Shown here: positions 47,583 to 57,741 of the stretch, one piece after another
How the letters are laid out: every line of letters starts with the position of its first letter
Numbering within the stretch: position 1 is the stretch's first letter
Assembly: GCA_963752475.1 (NCBI GenBank)
Contig: CAVVYR010000008.1
Span: 256,001-320,000 of the forward strand
Origin: an uncultured Chloroflexia bacterium
GTDB lineage: Bacteria; Chloroflexota; Limnocylindria; Limnocylindrales; CSP1-4
Length of the DNA: 64,000 nucleotides
Reading direction: 5' to 3'
Position numbers and translations under genes: made by a program
Notes under the pieces: model-generated
Told to the model about the DNA's origin: nothing
Databases searched by the model: none
What the model saw: only the letters and a program-made list of their open reading frames with translations

Positions 47583-49760
47583 ATGATCGAAGCCCCTCTC
47601 TACCTCGACGGCGCGCGCCGTGTCACACCTCGCGTCGAGCTCCTGCGGAGCCCTGGAAACCCGGCCATCCAGGTCGCCTCCGCGCTCGACCGGGTACGGC
47701 GCGCGCCGACCATCCTCGAAGCCATGCGCACCCTCCGCGAAGTCACGCCGGTGGTGGACGCTTCGCGGGCCGATGGCGTCGATGACGCGTTGATGCAGCC
47801 CCTCCTCGAGGCCATCGACGACCGCTCCGACACCGTCACCGGGCTGACCGCGGTGCACGCCCTCGCCCGCGTGCCGGGAACCCGCGCTGCCATCGCCCTC
47901 TACGACCTCGTAAGCGACGGTCGACCGGGCTTCGAGGAGCACACACTCTGGGCGCTCAGCGCCCGTCCTACCACCCAAGTGCTGGTCTCGCCGGTCGCAC
48001 GAGCGGTCGGCCGGGGCGGCTTCGGCGGCATGCTCGCACAGCAGGCACTGGCGGCATGGGCCACCACCGACCCTCATCTGGTACTGGCTGCGCTCGAAGC
48101 CGTCCTGACCGAGGTCGAGACCACGTCAGCACGCCGCTACGTGGTGGAGACGATGGGGCTCGTGCCCGGCTTGCTGGCACGGGTGGCGCTCGAGCGGATC
48201 GCGCTTGACCCTGACGAGGCCGGGGCCGTACGACGAACGGCGGTGCTCGCCTTCAGCGAACCACACCGCGGACGACTCCCAGCGGGCCTCGATGGGATGC
48301 ACGGTACCGTCGGCGAAGCGGTCCGGGCTGTTCGCGCCCACCGGCAGCTGCTCCGGCGGGGGCCTCGACGCGCTCCACATCGCGACGGCATGCGCGTGGC
48401 CCAGGTCCACCTCGGCGAGACCGGTGGGCTGTCCACCCTACTTCCGCAGCTCGGCGACGCGCTGGCTGGGCAACAGCGAGTCGCCGAGCCCCTCACCATC
48501 GTCCGCGCCGGGATGGACGTGGCCCCGCTGGCCCCTGACCATCGCGTCGAGGAGCTCTCGCTCGAAAGCGGAGAGGGCGGTACGTTCAACGCACGATGGC
48601 CGGCAACCACGGCCATCGCCCGAGGTGTCCGAGCCGCATTCCTGGCCGGCCCCCTGCCTGACGTCGTCCACGCCCGCATGGCCGACCCCGCGACGTACGC
48701 GGCGGCAGAGGTCGCGCTCTCCTACGGCATCCCCCTCGTCTTCACGTTCGCGCCCGACCCTCACGGACCCATCGACACGGCCGAATCGGCCGGCACGCTC
48801 GATCGACGGACGTTCGCGACACAGGACGCGCAGGCGGCGCTCTGGTTCCGCGCCAGCCTGGTGGAGCGCCTGGCTCACGAGGCACGCGAGCTGGTGCTCT
48901 TCCCTCGCACCGGTCTGCCCGACGAGCTCAAGCGGCTCACCGGCGTGGACCTTCGATCGGGCCCCCCACGTCACACCGTCGTGGCCGAGGGCATCGACCT
49001 CAGCGCGACCGAGCACGCTGCCACGGAGGTGTCGCTCACCGAAGACCGACCAGGAGTCCTCCGCGACCTGCATGACGCCCTCCGCCGGCTGCCCAGCGAC
49101 CGGCATGGCCTGCCTCTCGTCGTCAGTGCGGGCAGGCTCATCGAGCTCAAGGGCATGGCTCGGCTGGTGAAGGCCTTCGCCGACGACGCGACGCTCGGCG
49201 AACGCGCGAACCTCGTGGTCATCGGCGGCGACCTCAACGACCCCTCAGCCGCAGAGGCTGCCGAGCTCGCGCGCATCCAGGGCCACCTCGAAGATCATCC
49301 TCGACTCCGCGATCGGGTGGTCCTGCTCGGACGCCGTTCTCATGAGGACGTGGCACTCGTGCTCGCGGCCGCCCGATGTGGCTGGGGTCCGACCATCGGG
49401 CCCGCCGGAAGCTACGCCTCCGCCTCGACGAAGGAGGAGTTCGGCCTGGCCATCGTAGAGGCGCTGGCGGCAGGACTGCCGGCCACCGCCCCGCTCACCG
49501 GCGGACCAGCCACCTATATCGAGCCGGGTCGGACCGGCACGCTCACCGACACCAGCGATACCGCCGCGCTCGCCAAGGCTATCGACGCGTCCCTCGATCT
49601 GGCCGCGAGGCCAGGCACTGCCGGTCGCGCGCGTGCCACCGTCGAGGATCGCTACACGCTCGAGCGCATGGCCCGCTCGCTCACGGCCGTCTATCGCGTG
49701 ACCGTGGGCGCCTCCACGCTCTCTGCAGCCGTCGTCGAGTCGACCGAGACAGCAGCATGA
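47583..49760 (+). CDS. GT4 glycosyltransferase with N-terminal HEAT-like helical region
   Basis: GR...KG, EEFGLAIVEALAAGLP, GGP; Ala/Leu-rich helical repeats at the N-terminus. Confidence 0.85.
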   Translation: MIEAPLYLDGARRVTPRVELLRSPGNPAIQVASALDRVRRAPTILEAMRTLREVTPVVDASRADGVDDALMQPLLEAIDDRSDTVTGLTAVHALARVPGTRAAIALYDLVSDGRPGFEEHTLWALSARPTTQVLVSPVARAVGRGGFGGMLAQQALAAWATTDPHLVLAALEAVLTEVETTSARRYVVETMGLVPGLLARVALERIALDPDEAGAVRRTAVLAFSEPHRGRLPAGLDGMHGTVGEAVRAVRAHRQLLRRGPRRAPHRDGMRVAQVHLGETGGLSTLLPQLGDALAGQQRVAEPLTIVRAGMDVAPLAPDHRVEELSLESGEGGTFNARWPATTAIARGVRAAFLAGPLPDVVHARMADPATYAAAEVALSYGIPLVFTFAPDPHGPIDTAESAGTLDRRTFATQDAQAALWFRASLVERLAHEARELVLFPRTGLPDELKRLTGVDLRSGPPRHTVVAEGIDLSATEHAATEVSLTEDRPGVLRDLHDALRRLPSDRHGLPLVVSAGRLIELKGMARLVKAFADDATLGERANLVVIGGDLNDPSAAEAAELARIQGHLEDHPRLRDRVVLLGRRSHEDVALVLAAARCGWGPTIGPAGSYASASTKEEFGLAIVEALAAGLPATAPLTGGPATYIEPGRTGTLTDTSDTAALAKAIDASLDLAARPGTAGRARATVEDRYTLERMARSLTAVYRVTVGASTLSAAVVESTETAA

Positions 49761-51106
49761 GGCTGCTCGTCATCACTCCGGACTATCTGTCGCACGCGCT
49801 GCCGATGCTGACCATCGCCGACGCCTGGCAGCGGCGTGGCCATCGCGTGGTCGTAGCCACCGGGCCGGCCATGGCACCGCTGGTGCGCACCACGGGCATG
49901 GAGCATACGGAACTCATCATGTCGCGTGGCTCGAACGCCGGGATGCTGCGTAGCGCGACGGCGCAGGATGCCGAAGCACGCTCGCTCCAGGCCTTCTTCG
50001 CGGCGACTCGCGAGGGTATGGTGCCGACATTGCGCTACCAAGCCGAACAGCGCGCCACCGACCTGCTGTGGCGGCCGGAGCAGGTGGCGCGGCGCGTGCT
50101 CAACATCATGGCTGACGTCCGCCCCTCGGCCGTGCTCCTTGACCACCTCGCATTCAGCGCCGCCATCGGCCTTCGAGCGCTGGGCGTGCCGTACGGTGAC
50201 GTCGTTCTCGGCCACCCGACGGCCCTGCCGGTCGGCAACGAGGTCTACGGGATGCCCTCCGCCTGGCCCCCGGCCATGGGCCCTGATGCGGTCGACCTGA
50301 CCGACCTTCGCGCGGTCACCGAAGGCGTCACCGTCGCCTTCACCCACGCCTTCAACGAGACGCTCCGATCCATCGAGCCCAGCGTGGATGGCGTGGATGA
50401 CGCGTTCGCCGCACACGGCGAGCTCGTCCTCTACTCCTATCCGGCCGAGATGCACGGACCCATCCGCTCGGCGAAGCTGCCGCGCCACGCATTCATCGGC
50501 AGCGCCGTTCGCCAGGAGTCCGCGGACCCGGGCACGATGGCCTGGCTCGCGAAGTCGGACCGCCGTCCGCTCGTGGTGGTCTCCCTGGGCACGTTCCTCT
50601 CCGACCGTGTCGACGTGCTCGGGCGCATCGCGGCCGCACTTCGCAAGGTCGATGTGCGCGTCGCCATGGCCGTCGGCGACAACGACCCGGCCGCGCTGGG
50701 GGAGCTGCCGAGCGATTGGCTCGTCCGCCCTAGCCTGGCCCAGGTGACGCTGCTTGAGCAGGCCTCGGTGCTGATCACGCACGGTGGCAACAACTCCATC
50801 ACCGAGGCGCTGACGTTCGGGGTGCCGATGCTGGTGATGCCTTTCTCGACCGACCAGTTCGACGGAGCCGCCGCGGTGGAGCGGCATCTTGCCGGCATCG
50901 CGCTCGACCCCAACTCGGCCTCGCGTCCCCTCATCGCGGGTGGGGTCAGGGGCCTGCTGCGCAACCCACCACCGCTGCCCGGCAAGCTTGGCGCCCGCCT
51001 GCGTGCGAACCCCGGACCGGAAGTGGCCTTCGAGGCCATGTCCACCCTGCCGGACCTGCGCAGCATCGTCCCTGACTCGCGGGGGCGGACCGTGCTTGCC
51101 TCGTGA
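49757..51106 (+). CDS. GT1 (UDP-glycosyltransferase/MGT family)
   Basis: SHALP, GHRVVVAT, VSLGT, ITHGGNNSITEAL..GVP...P...DQ. Confidence 0.9.
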   Translation: MRLLVITPDYLSHALPMLTIADAWQRRGHRVVVATGPAMAPLVRTTGMEHTELIMSRGSNAGMLRSATAQDAEARSLQAFFAATREGMVPTLRYQAEQRATDLLWRPEQVARRVLNIMADVRPSAVLLDHLAFSAAIGLRALGVPYGDVVLGHPTALPVGNEVYGMPSAWPPAMGPDAVDLTDLRAVTEGVTVAFTHAFNETLRSIEPSVDGVDDAFAAHGELVLYSYPAEMHGPIRSAKLPRHAFIGSAVRQESADPGTMAWLAKSDRRPLVVVSLGTFLSDRVDVLGRIAAALRKVDVRVAMAVGDNDPAALGELPSDWLVRPSLAQVTLLEQASVLITHGGNNSITEALTFGVPMLVMPFSTDQFDGAAAVERHLAGIALDPNSASRPLIAGGVRGLLRNPPPLPGKLGARLRANPGPEVAFEAMSTLPDLRSIVPDSRGRTVLAS

Positions 51107-52092
51107 ACGAGTCAGAGCGCGAGTCACTGCCCCCGGTCGAAGAGCTCGAGCCCCCGGCGCACCGTGAGGTGCAGGTGCGTCCATATGACGCCCAGCAGTT
51201 GCTCATCGATCTCGAACCGACAGCCGCGCGCCTGCTCGACCGTCACCTCGGGATCGCCGAGGACTGGCTGCCGCACGAGTACATCCCCTACAGCCAGGGT
51301 CGCGACTTCGACAAGGAGCCCTGGACGCCTGACCAGCCACGCCTCAGTGGTGTGGCTCGCACGTCCTTCGAGGTCAACCTCCTGACCGAGGACAACCTGC
51401 CCTCCTACCACCGCCTCATCTACGGCATGTTCGGCAGCGGCGATGGTGCCTGGATCAACTGGGTCGGGCGCTGGACGGCCGAGGAGGGCCGGCACGCGAT
51501 CGTGCTGCGCGACTACCTCACGGTCACCCGCAACCTCGACCCGGCGGCGCTCGAGCAGTCACGCATGGCGCAGGTCGAGCAGGGCTACGAGCGACCGACC
51601 CTCGATCCACTCCGGGGACTGGCCTATGTGGCACTCCAGGAAGTGGCCACGCGGGCGGCCCATCGAAACACCGGTCGTTACTCCGACGATCCGGTGGCTG
51701 ATCGCATCATGGCCCGCATCTCGGCTGACGAGAACCTCCATGCCACCTTCTACCGCGACGTTCTCGCCGCGGCAGCGGAAGCACATCCATCAGCGACCGT
51801 AGAGGCGGTGACGGCCGAGATCCTGGGCTTCGAGATGCCCGGGGCCGGCATCGCGGGGTTCCGCCGCAAGGCGGCCGAGATCGCCCTCGCGGGCATCTAC
51901 GACCTGCGCATCCACCGCGACGAGGTCGTCATGCCGCTGGTGCGCAAGCTGCGCCTCTTCGAGCTCACTGGCCTGAGCCCCACCGCCGAGGCCGCCCGCG
52001 CCGAGCTGGGCACGTTCCTCGAGGACATGGAGGCCTCCGCCCGCAGGTTGGAAGAACGCCGCGAGCGGACGGCCGCGCGCAAGAGCCACTAG
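51103..52092 (+). CDS. desA: Acyl-ACP desaturase (DesA-like diiron enzyme)
   Basis: WLPHEYIP, LTEDNLPSYH, WTAEEGRH, QE, DENLH, FEMPG. Confidence 0.92.
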   Translation: MNESERESLPPVEELEPPAHREVQVRPYDAQQLLIDLEPTAARLLDRHLGIAEDWLPHEYIPYSQGRDFDKEPWTPDQPRLSGVARTSFEVNLLTEDNLPSYHRLIYGMFGSGDGAWINWVGRWTAEEGRHAIVLRDYLTVTRNLDPAALEQSRMAQVEQGYERPTLDPLRGLAYVALQEVATRAAHRNTGRYSDDPVADRIMARISADENLHATFYRDVLAAAAEAHPSATVEAVTAEILGFEMPGAGIAGFRRKAAEIALAGIYDLRIHRDEVVMPLVRKLRLFELTGLSPTAEAARAELGTFLEDMEASARRLEERRERTAARKSH

Positions 52093-53948
52093 GAGACTGG
52101 TGTGAAACCGGCCACTCACGGCCTGAGATAGTCCGGTGGATGGCCTCGCGCCGTGGTGACCGGACCTTCAGCGGGTCGGTCGGAACGGTCCGCCCGTGGC
52201 CCGGCCGGGTCCCCGTGGCGATCAGGGCCGGCCTGGGCGGCCGCAGGGGGTAGCCCCCGGTCACCCGCTCCCCGTCATCGGTGCTCAGCCGGCCTGCGCG
52301 GTCTCGGTCGGTCCTGGACCGAGGACCCCGAGCACCGCGAGACGGGCCAGGTTGACCGCGGCCGCGAGCAGCGAGAAGTCGGCCGCCACCTTCGGTCGAC
52401 CCCGCACCCGGGCGCGACGGCCACCGTGGTGACGACGCACGAGCTGGGCGATGCGACGCTCGACCTTGGGTCGGGTGGCCCGGTAGTCGGCCAGCCAGGC
52501 GGGATCCCGGCGCGCGGCGCGGGCCCGGACGAGCGCGGCCTCGTAGGGTCCCACCGTGATGCTGCGTCCATCCTTCGCGGTCGTGCAGCGGGCCGCGAGG
52601 GGACAGGCGGCACAGGCCGACCCGAAGCTGGCCTCGGCCGCCCGGCGGCGTCGGGCCCGCAGCGGGACGGTCAGCCCGGCCGGGCAGGTGACCGTGGCCG
52701 CCTCGCGGTCGATGGCGAAGTCATCCTTGCTGAAGCGGCCACCCAGGGCGACCGACGGCTGCACCTTGATGCGCGGCTCGGCCCCGGCGGTCTCGAGCGT
52801 CTCGAGCAGTGCGCCACTGCCGTAGCCGGCATCGCCGTAGACGACGGGTGGCACGCCGGGGCCGGGCTCGCGGGCTTCGAGCTCGGCCTCGAGCAGCTCG
52901 GGTGCGACCGCCGCATCGCCGCCGTTGCCCGGCGTCACGGCCGTCGCGGTCACGATCTCGCTGTCGGGGTCGATCGCGACGTGGCCCTTGTAGCCGTCGA
53001 AGCTGCGGGCCTGGGTCTTGTGCCCGTGGCGGGCATCGGGATCGACCGTGCTGACGATCCGGTCGGGCGCCACCCGCCGGGCGATGCGGAAGGTGCCCTC
53101 GCCGTCGGTCTCGAGGTCCTGGCCCAGCAGCGTCGCGAGCAGCGCGGCGGCCTCGGCGAGGGGCGCGTCGATGGCCTCGCCCTCGAGCGCGACGAGCAGC
53201 GCGCTGGCATCGGTCGCGACCGCATCGATGAGGGCCTCGCGCGCTGCGGCGTCCTCCCAGTCGATGGCGGGCTTGCCGCCGCTTCGATAGTCGTCGTCAC
53301 GCCCGAGGAGGGAACGGAGCTCGTCCTCGCGCTCGCCCGCGACCCGGAGCAGGCCGCGGATGCCCGAGCGCAGGAGCGTGACGGTGTCCATCGTGGCCAC
53401 CGCGTCATAGAGCGGCGTCGAGTCGAGCACCCGGCGGCGACCCACGAGGCCGGCCTCGCGGGCCGCGCCGAGGGCGACCTCGAAGATGCGCTCCGGATGT
53501 TCGGAACCCGCGAGGCGGGCACGCATGTCCACGAGCACGGTGTGGCTGAAGCCGGGATGGTCGAAGTCGAGCCCACCGCAGGCGTACTTCCAGCGTACGT
53601 CGAAGCTGAAGCGCTCGACAGCCTCACGGTCGGACAGGCCCTCGAGGCGCTGGAGCACCATCACCACGGCCACGATCATCGGTGGCACCGAGCGCCGCCC
53701 GACGTCGGTGAAGAGGTCCGCGAAGGCCTCGTCGGGGAAGAGTCGGTGGCACTCACGGTGCAGCAGGGCGTAGACCGAGTCGGGTGCGACCCGACCCTCG
53801 CAGTAGCTCGCACTGGAACGGAAGATGTCGGCCTGGGTGGGGCTGTGTCCGAGCGTCATGCCGCCAGATTCCCAGATCCCCGCTCCGATCGCCGACCCAT
53901 CTCGCATCTCCAGGCGGTCAGGACGGCGGCACGAAAGACACCAGTCTC
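52093..53948 (-). mobile_element. IS1182-family insertion sequence
   Basis: Terminal IRs GAGACTGGTGT (52093-52103) and ACACCAGTCTC (53938-53948), flanked by CTAG on both sides (52089-52092, 53949-53952). Confidence 0.92.
52285..53859 (-). CDS. IS1182-family DDE transposase
   Basis: GRRSVPP, LSDREA, LDST, DPDARHG, GYKGH, YGDAGY, TCPAG, CAACPL..RC, RPKVER. Confidence 0.93.
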   Translation of the reverse strand: MTLGHSPTQADIFRSSASYCEGRVAPDSVYALLHRECHRLFPDEAFADLFTDVGRRSVPPMIVAVVMVLQRLEGLSDREAVERFSFDVRWKYACGGLDFDHPGFSHTVLVDMRARLAGSEHPERIFEVALGAAREAGLVGRRRVLDSTPLYDAVATMDTVTLLRSGIRGLLRVAGEREDELRSLLGRDDDYRSGGKPAIDWEDAAAREALIDAVATDASALLVALEGEAIDAPLAEAAALLATLLGQDLETDGEGTFRIARRVAPDRIVSTVDPDARHGHKTQARSFDGYKGHVAIDPDSEIVTATAVTPGNGGDAAVAPELLEAELEAREPGPGVPPVVYGDAGYGSGALLETLETAGAEPRIKVQPSVALGGRFSKDDFAIDREAATVTCPAGLTVPLRARRRRAAEASFGSACAACPLAARCTTAKDGRSITVGPYEAALVRARAARRDPAWLADYRATRPKVERRIAQLVRRHHGGRRARVRGRPKVAADFSLLAAAVNLARLAVLGVLGPGPTETAQAG

Positions 53949-53989
53949 CTAGTCCGACCTCCCGACACGCTACCCCTCCGCCATCACGT

Positions 53990-54800
53990 GAGCGCCCGCC
54001 GCTCCGGCCGGAGTGGATGGAGGACGCCATCTGTGATGGTGATGCGTCCACGCCCTTCCTCGAGACGCCGACGTTCACGGCGGCCGACCGCAGCGCCTGT
54101 GCGATCCCCATGATCGCCTCACTGGCCGCGGCCGGGTTGGGGTCGTCGCTCGCACCCCGCAACTGCTGGGCGGCGGAGAGGTAGTCCAGCAGGGCGCTGC
54201 CGCACGCCCACTGTCGGGTCAGCTGCGGCGTGTCCTTCTTCTTCTGATACTGGTCCCACCCAGTAGAGCATCTGCCCCTCGTCGAAGATCCCGCCACCGG
54301 TGTAGTCGGTCAGTCCGGCGAGCGCGTCGGCGTACCTCTCGTTCGCATAGAGACGCTCGATCATCTTCTTGACCTACTTGTACGTCGCCTTCTTGTCGAC
54401 CTTCGCGGCGAGCAGAGCCGCCACGGTGTCGGCCGGGAAGCCCTCGGCCATGGCTTCCGCGCCTGGCTCCGGCATGGTGTCGGTCTCCGTCGCCGCGGCC
54501 TCGCACGGCCACTCGTATCCGACCGCCGACCGGAACGCATCGATCGCGGCGTGCCCACATGGGAGGGCGAAGATCTCCGGCAACGGGTCGAGCTTGCTGC
54601 CGCTGTAAGCGAACTGCGCACCCAGCGTATCGCCGGTGACACCGTCCGCGACCATCGCCACCTTGCCGGTCTTGCGGTCAGACTTGGCGCGCCGTTGGGG
54701 GGTGGCCGGGTCCACCGGCACGCAGACCGGCTCGGGCGATGCCTCGACAGCTGTCGCAGCGTCAGGCGTCAGTGACGGGGCCACGCTCGCATCCAGCGCT
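53990..54800 (-). pseudogene. Disrupted gene (in-frame TAG at 54374-54376, frameshift near 54270, 5' end apparently lost)
   Basis: ORFs 54374-54784 and 54119-54364 share a frame across one stop; protein-like sequence continues in the 54297 frame. Confidence 0.55.
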
Positions 54801-54839
54801 GACTCGGGTACATCGCGACGACTTCAGCTGATGCGGAAT

Positions 54840-54876
54840 CAGTCGAGCCGGCCCCGTAGAGGGACCGGCCCGACTG
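54840..54876 (-). terminator. Hairpin downstream of the fasciclin gene
   Basis: CAGTCGAGCCGGCCCC/GGGACCGGCCCGACTG stem. Confidence 0.65.
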
Positions 54877-54901
54877 GCAGAGGGGGGAAGGTAGAAGCTG
54901 A

Positions 54902-55501
54902 CTAGGAGGAAAGAGCCTTGGTGATGGAGGGCGGGATCATCACGCCGTCGATGACGTGGATCTGGAGGTTCTTGGAGCGGATGTTCTTGACGATGACGTT
55001 GGTCGAGTCGATGATCACGCGGTTCTTCTGGCCGCGGAGGATGGTGGGCTCGCCGTCGAGCATCGTGATCTTGGCCGGACGGAGTGACTTGGCCGTGGCG
55101 TAGTTGACCTTGCCGTCAGCGAACACGTGGTGCGAGAGGATCTGGGCCAGCGCGCCGGGGCTCCCCAGGACCGCGTCGACCTGGCAAACGTTGCTCGAGT
55201 TGAGCGGCTTGCCGATGAGGGCCTGGCCGAGTGCGCGGAAGGCCTTGTTGTCGGGGGCGAAGAGCGTCGCGGCCGGGACGGTCTGGAGGGCCTCCACGAT
55301 GCCGGGGGTGCAGACCGCGGCCGTGATCAGCGTCGACAGGCGGTCGTCGTTGTTGGCGCTGAAGTTGACCAGGCGAGTCACGCCGTTGGCGTCGGAGGGG
55401 ACGGTGCCACGACCCTCGATCGCGGCGGAGGCGCCGGGGGCGATGGTGGCGAGGGCGAGGGATGCCAGCAGCGTGCCGGCGAGAAGCTTCTTGAGGAACA
55501 T
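54902..55501 (-). CDS. Secreted fasciclin (FAS1) domain protein
   Basis: Signal peptide; LSTLITA, TLFAPDNKAF, ILSHHV, IHVIDGVMIP. Confidence 0.92.
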   Translation of the reverse strand: MFLKKLLAGTLLASLALATIAPGASAAIEGRGTVPSDANGVTRLVNFSANNDDRLSTLITAAVCTPGIVEALQTVPAATLFAPDNKAFRALGQALIGKPLNSSNVCQVDAVLGSPGALAQILSHHVFADGKVNYATAKSLRPAKITMLDGEPTILRGQKNRVIIDSTNVIVKNIRSKNLQIHVIDGVMIPPSITKALSS

Positions 55502-55557
55502 CGGGTTACCTTTCTTTCCTATCGGTTCGTAGTCGAGCGGTGTATCTGCGTGAGTGG

Positions 55558-55598
55558 CCGTGTGAGGCCCGGCTGGGGGGACGCCGGGCCTCACACGG
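55558..55598. terminator. Perfect 16-bp hairpin between the DUF4397 and fasciclin genes
   Basis: CCGTGTGAGGCCCGGC/GCCGGGCCTCACACGG. Confidence 0.65.
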
Positions 55599-55616
55599 AT
55601 GTCAGGAGGCTTCGGG

Positions 55617-56906
55617 TTAGCGGGACGCTTCCTCGACCAGGATCACGTCGAAGGAGTCGGGGAACTGGCCGATGGCGATGGCGCTATAGGCCTTGCCGTC
55701 CTCGAGAGGCAGCGGCGGGATGTCGAACGCCTTGGCACGCTCACCAGCGGCACGGATGTCGAGATCGACCTCACCGGCGGGCACGTTCTTGTAACCCTTG
55801 GCGTCGCCGAACTCGAGGTTCTTGAAGATGGCGGCGTTGCGCTTCGAGCCGTCCGGCGCGATGTCGACCTTGGGCGCGTTGGCGCTGAGGTGGACGACGC
55901 GGACCTTGGCGCCCTCGGCGCGCGGCGTGACGCGCTTGTCGTTGATGACGACCGGGGTGATCTGGGCCAGCTCGTTCGTGGCCGCGACCGTGGTCAGCGT
56001 GCCACCGTCGAAGTCCAGGTCGACCGGGCCGATGACGGCGCCGTCGGCCGGGTCAGCACCAGCGGCCACGACTTCGATGGTGTAGGTGCCGGCCGGCACG
56101 AACAGGTAGTCGGACAGGGCGCCGAAGGGCACGTCCGAGAGGATGGCGCCGCCGTTGGCGTAGACGTCCACGTTGGGGGCATCAGCGCTGAAGTGGCCGA
56201 CGCGCACACCGGCGACGGAGGCGTCGACGGCAGGCAGGACGGTGAAGGAGCCGTCGGCCAGGGAGCCGATGGCGAAGACGCTGTAGCTGATGCCATCCGT
56301 GAGGGTGATCTCGGGGATGTCAAAGGCCACGTCCTCGGTGCCCGCAGCGCGGATCTCGAGGTCGTACTTGCCGCCGGGAAGAGCGAGGTACTCGGTGGCG
56401 TTGGGGTAGGACAGGTCGGTGATGAGCGCATCGCCGCCGTCGGGAGCGATATCCACGGCCGGCGCATCAGCGCTGAAGTGGACCACGCGCACCTGAGCAC
56501 TGTCGCCCGCAGGCATGGGCTCGTCGGCCAGCACCTGGGCCTCGATGTTCTCGAGGGTGTTGGTGGCCGCGACGGTGGTCATGGTGCCAGCGGCGAAGTC
56601 GAGGTCGACCGGGCCGATGACGGCGCCGTCCGCGAGGTCCGCACCAGCGGCCACGACGGCGATCGAGTAGGTACCACCGGGGACTTCGAGGTACTCGGAG
56701 AGCACGCCGAAGGGCACGTCGGTGAGGATGGCGTCGTCGCCGGCGTAGACGTCGACGGCCGGGGCGTCGGGGCTGAAGTGGCCGACGCGGACCTTGGCGG
56801 TCTCATCCTGGGCTGCGGTGGCGAAGGGAACGGCTACGGTGGCCGCGAGCGCGACTGCGGTGCCGAGAAGACCAGCCTTGCGGCGGATCGAGAGTTGCTG
56901 AGTCAT
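55617..56906 (-). CDS. Secreted DUF4397 protein (four repeats)
   Basis: Four VRV.H.S..AP.VD motifs; signal peptide. Confidence 0.9.
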   Translation of the reverse strand: MTQQLSIRRKAGLLGTAVALAATVAVPFATAAQDETAKVRVGHFSPDAPAVDVYAGDDAILTDVPFGVLSEYLEVPGGTYSIAVVAAGADLADGAVIGPVDLDFAAGTMTTVAATNTLENIEAQVLADEPMPAGDSAQVRVVHFSADAPAVDIAPDGGDALITDLSYPNATEYLALPGGKYDLEIRAAGTEDVAFDIPEITLTDGISYSVFAIGSLADGSFTVLPAVDASVAGVRVGHFSADAPNVDVYANGGAILSDVPFGALSDYLFVPAGTYTIEVVAAGADPADGAVIGPVDLDFDGGTLTTVAATNELAQITPVVINDKRVTPRAEGAKVRVVHLSANAPKVDIAPDGSKRNAAIFKNLEFGDAKGYKNVPAGEVDLDIRAAGERAKAFDIPPLPLEDGKAYSAIAIGQFPDSFDVILVEEASR

Positions 56907-57646
56907 TGTGGGGTCCTCTGCGTGAGAAAGCGGGTGAGCTGGCGGCCCTACCAGGTTGGGTAGGCGCCGCCAGCGTGTGGGAAGTCGGGGAGCGTTACTC
57001 CTCGGTCATCTCCTCTTCGGCCATGTCCTCTTCGGCCATCTCGTCATCCATCATCTCGACAGAAGCGTCGAGGGCGGGAAGGACGGTGAAGGAGCCGTCG
57101 GCGAGGGAGCCGATGGCGAAGACGGTGAAGCTGTTGCCGCCGGCCAGATCGAGCGGATCGATGTCGAAGGCCACGTCCTCGGTGCCCGCAGCGCGGATCT
57201 CGAGGTCGTACTCACCCTCGGGCAGATCGAGGTAAGCCTCGGTCGCGTTCGGGTACTCGAGGTTCTCGACGACCACGTCGCCGCCGTCGAGGGCGATGTC
57301 CACGGCCGGCGCGTCAGCGCTGAAGTGGACCACGCGGACCTCGGCGATGCCGTCCTCAGGCATGGGCTCGTCGGCCAGCACCTGGGCCTCGATGTTCTCG
57401 AGGGTGTTGGTGGCCGCGACGGTGGTCATGGTGCCGGCGGCGAAGTCGAGATCGACCGGGCCGATGACGGCGCCGTCCGCGAGGTCCGCACCAGCGGCCA
57501 CGACGGCGATCGAGTAGGTACCACCGGGGACTTCGAGGTACTCGGAGAGCACGCCGAAGGGCACGTCGGTGAGGATGGCGTCGTCGCCGGCGTAGACGTC
57601 GACGGCCGGGGCGTCGGGGCTGAAGTGGCCGACGCGGACCTTGGCG
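56511..57646. repeat. 289-bp near-identical direct repeat (56511-56799 and 57358-57646)
   Basis: About 2 mismatches seen by eye. Confidence 0.85.
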
Positions 57647-57741
57647 TTCTCGTGGCCGTCAGCGGCGACGAAGGTCGGGATGGCCATGACCGCGGCGAGA
57701 GCAGCGGCGGCGCCGATCATGTGGATCTTGGTGTTGCGCAT
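56995..57741 (-). CDS. Secreted DUF4397 protein (two repeats, acidic Met-rich tail)
   Basis: VRVGHFSPDAPAVDV, VRVVHFSADAPAVDI; AAAGGA SD. Confidence 0.9.
   Translation of the reverse strand: MRNTKIHMIGAAAALAAVMAIPTFVAADGHENAKVRVGHFSPDAPAVDVYAGDDAILTDVPFGVLSEYLEVPGGTYSIAVVAAGADLADGAVIGPVDLDFAAGTMTTVAATNTLENIEAQVLADEPMPEDGIAEVRVVHFSADAPAVDIALDGGDVVVENLEYPNATEAYLDLPEGEYDLEIRAAGTEDVAFDIDPLDLAGGNSFTVFAIGSLADGSFTVLPALDASVEMMDDEMAEEDMAEEEMTEE

Noticed and set aside
52285-54297. 670-aa ORF as a transposase with a novel N-terminal extension
   Set aside because: The extension crosses the IS end at 53948 and belongs to the adjacent decayed gene; the transposase starts at 53859
54374-54376. In-frame TAG as pyrrolysine or readthrough
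   Set aside because: The same gene also has a frameshift and no clear start; TAG is a normal stop elsewhere in the window
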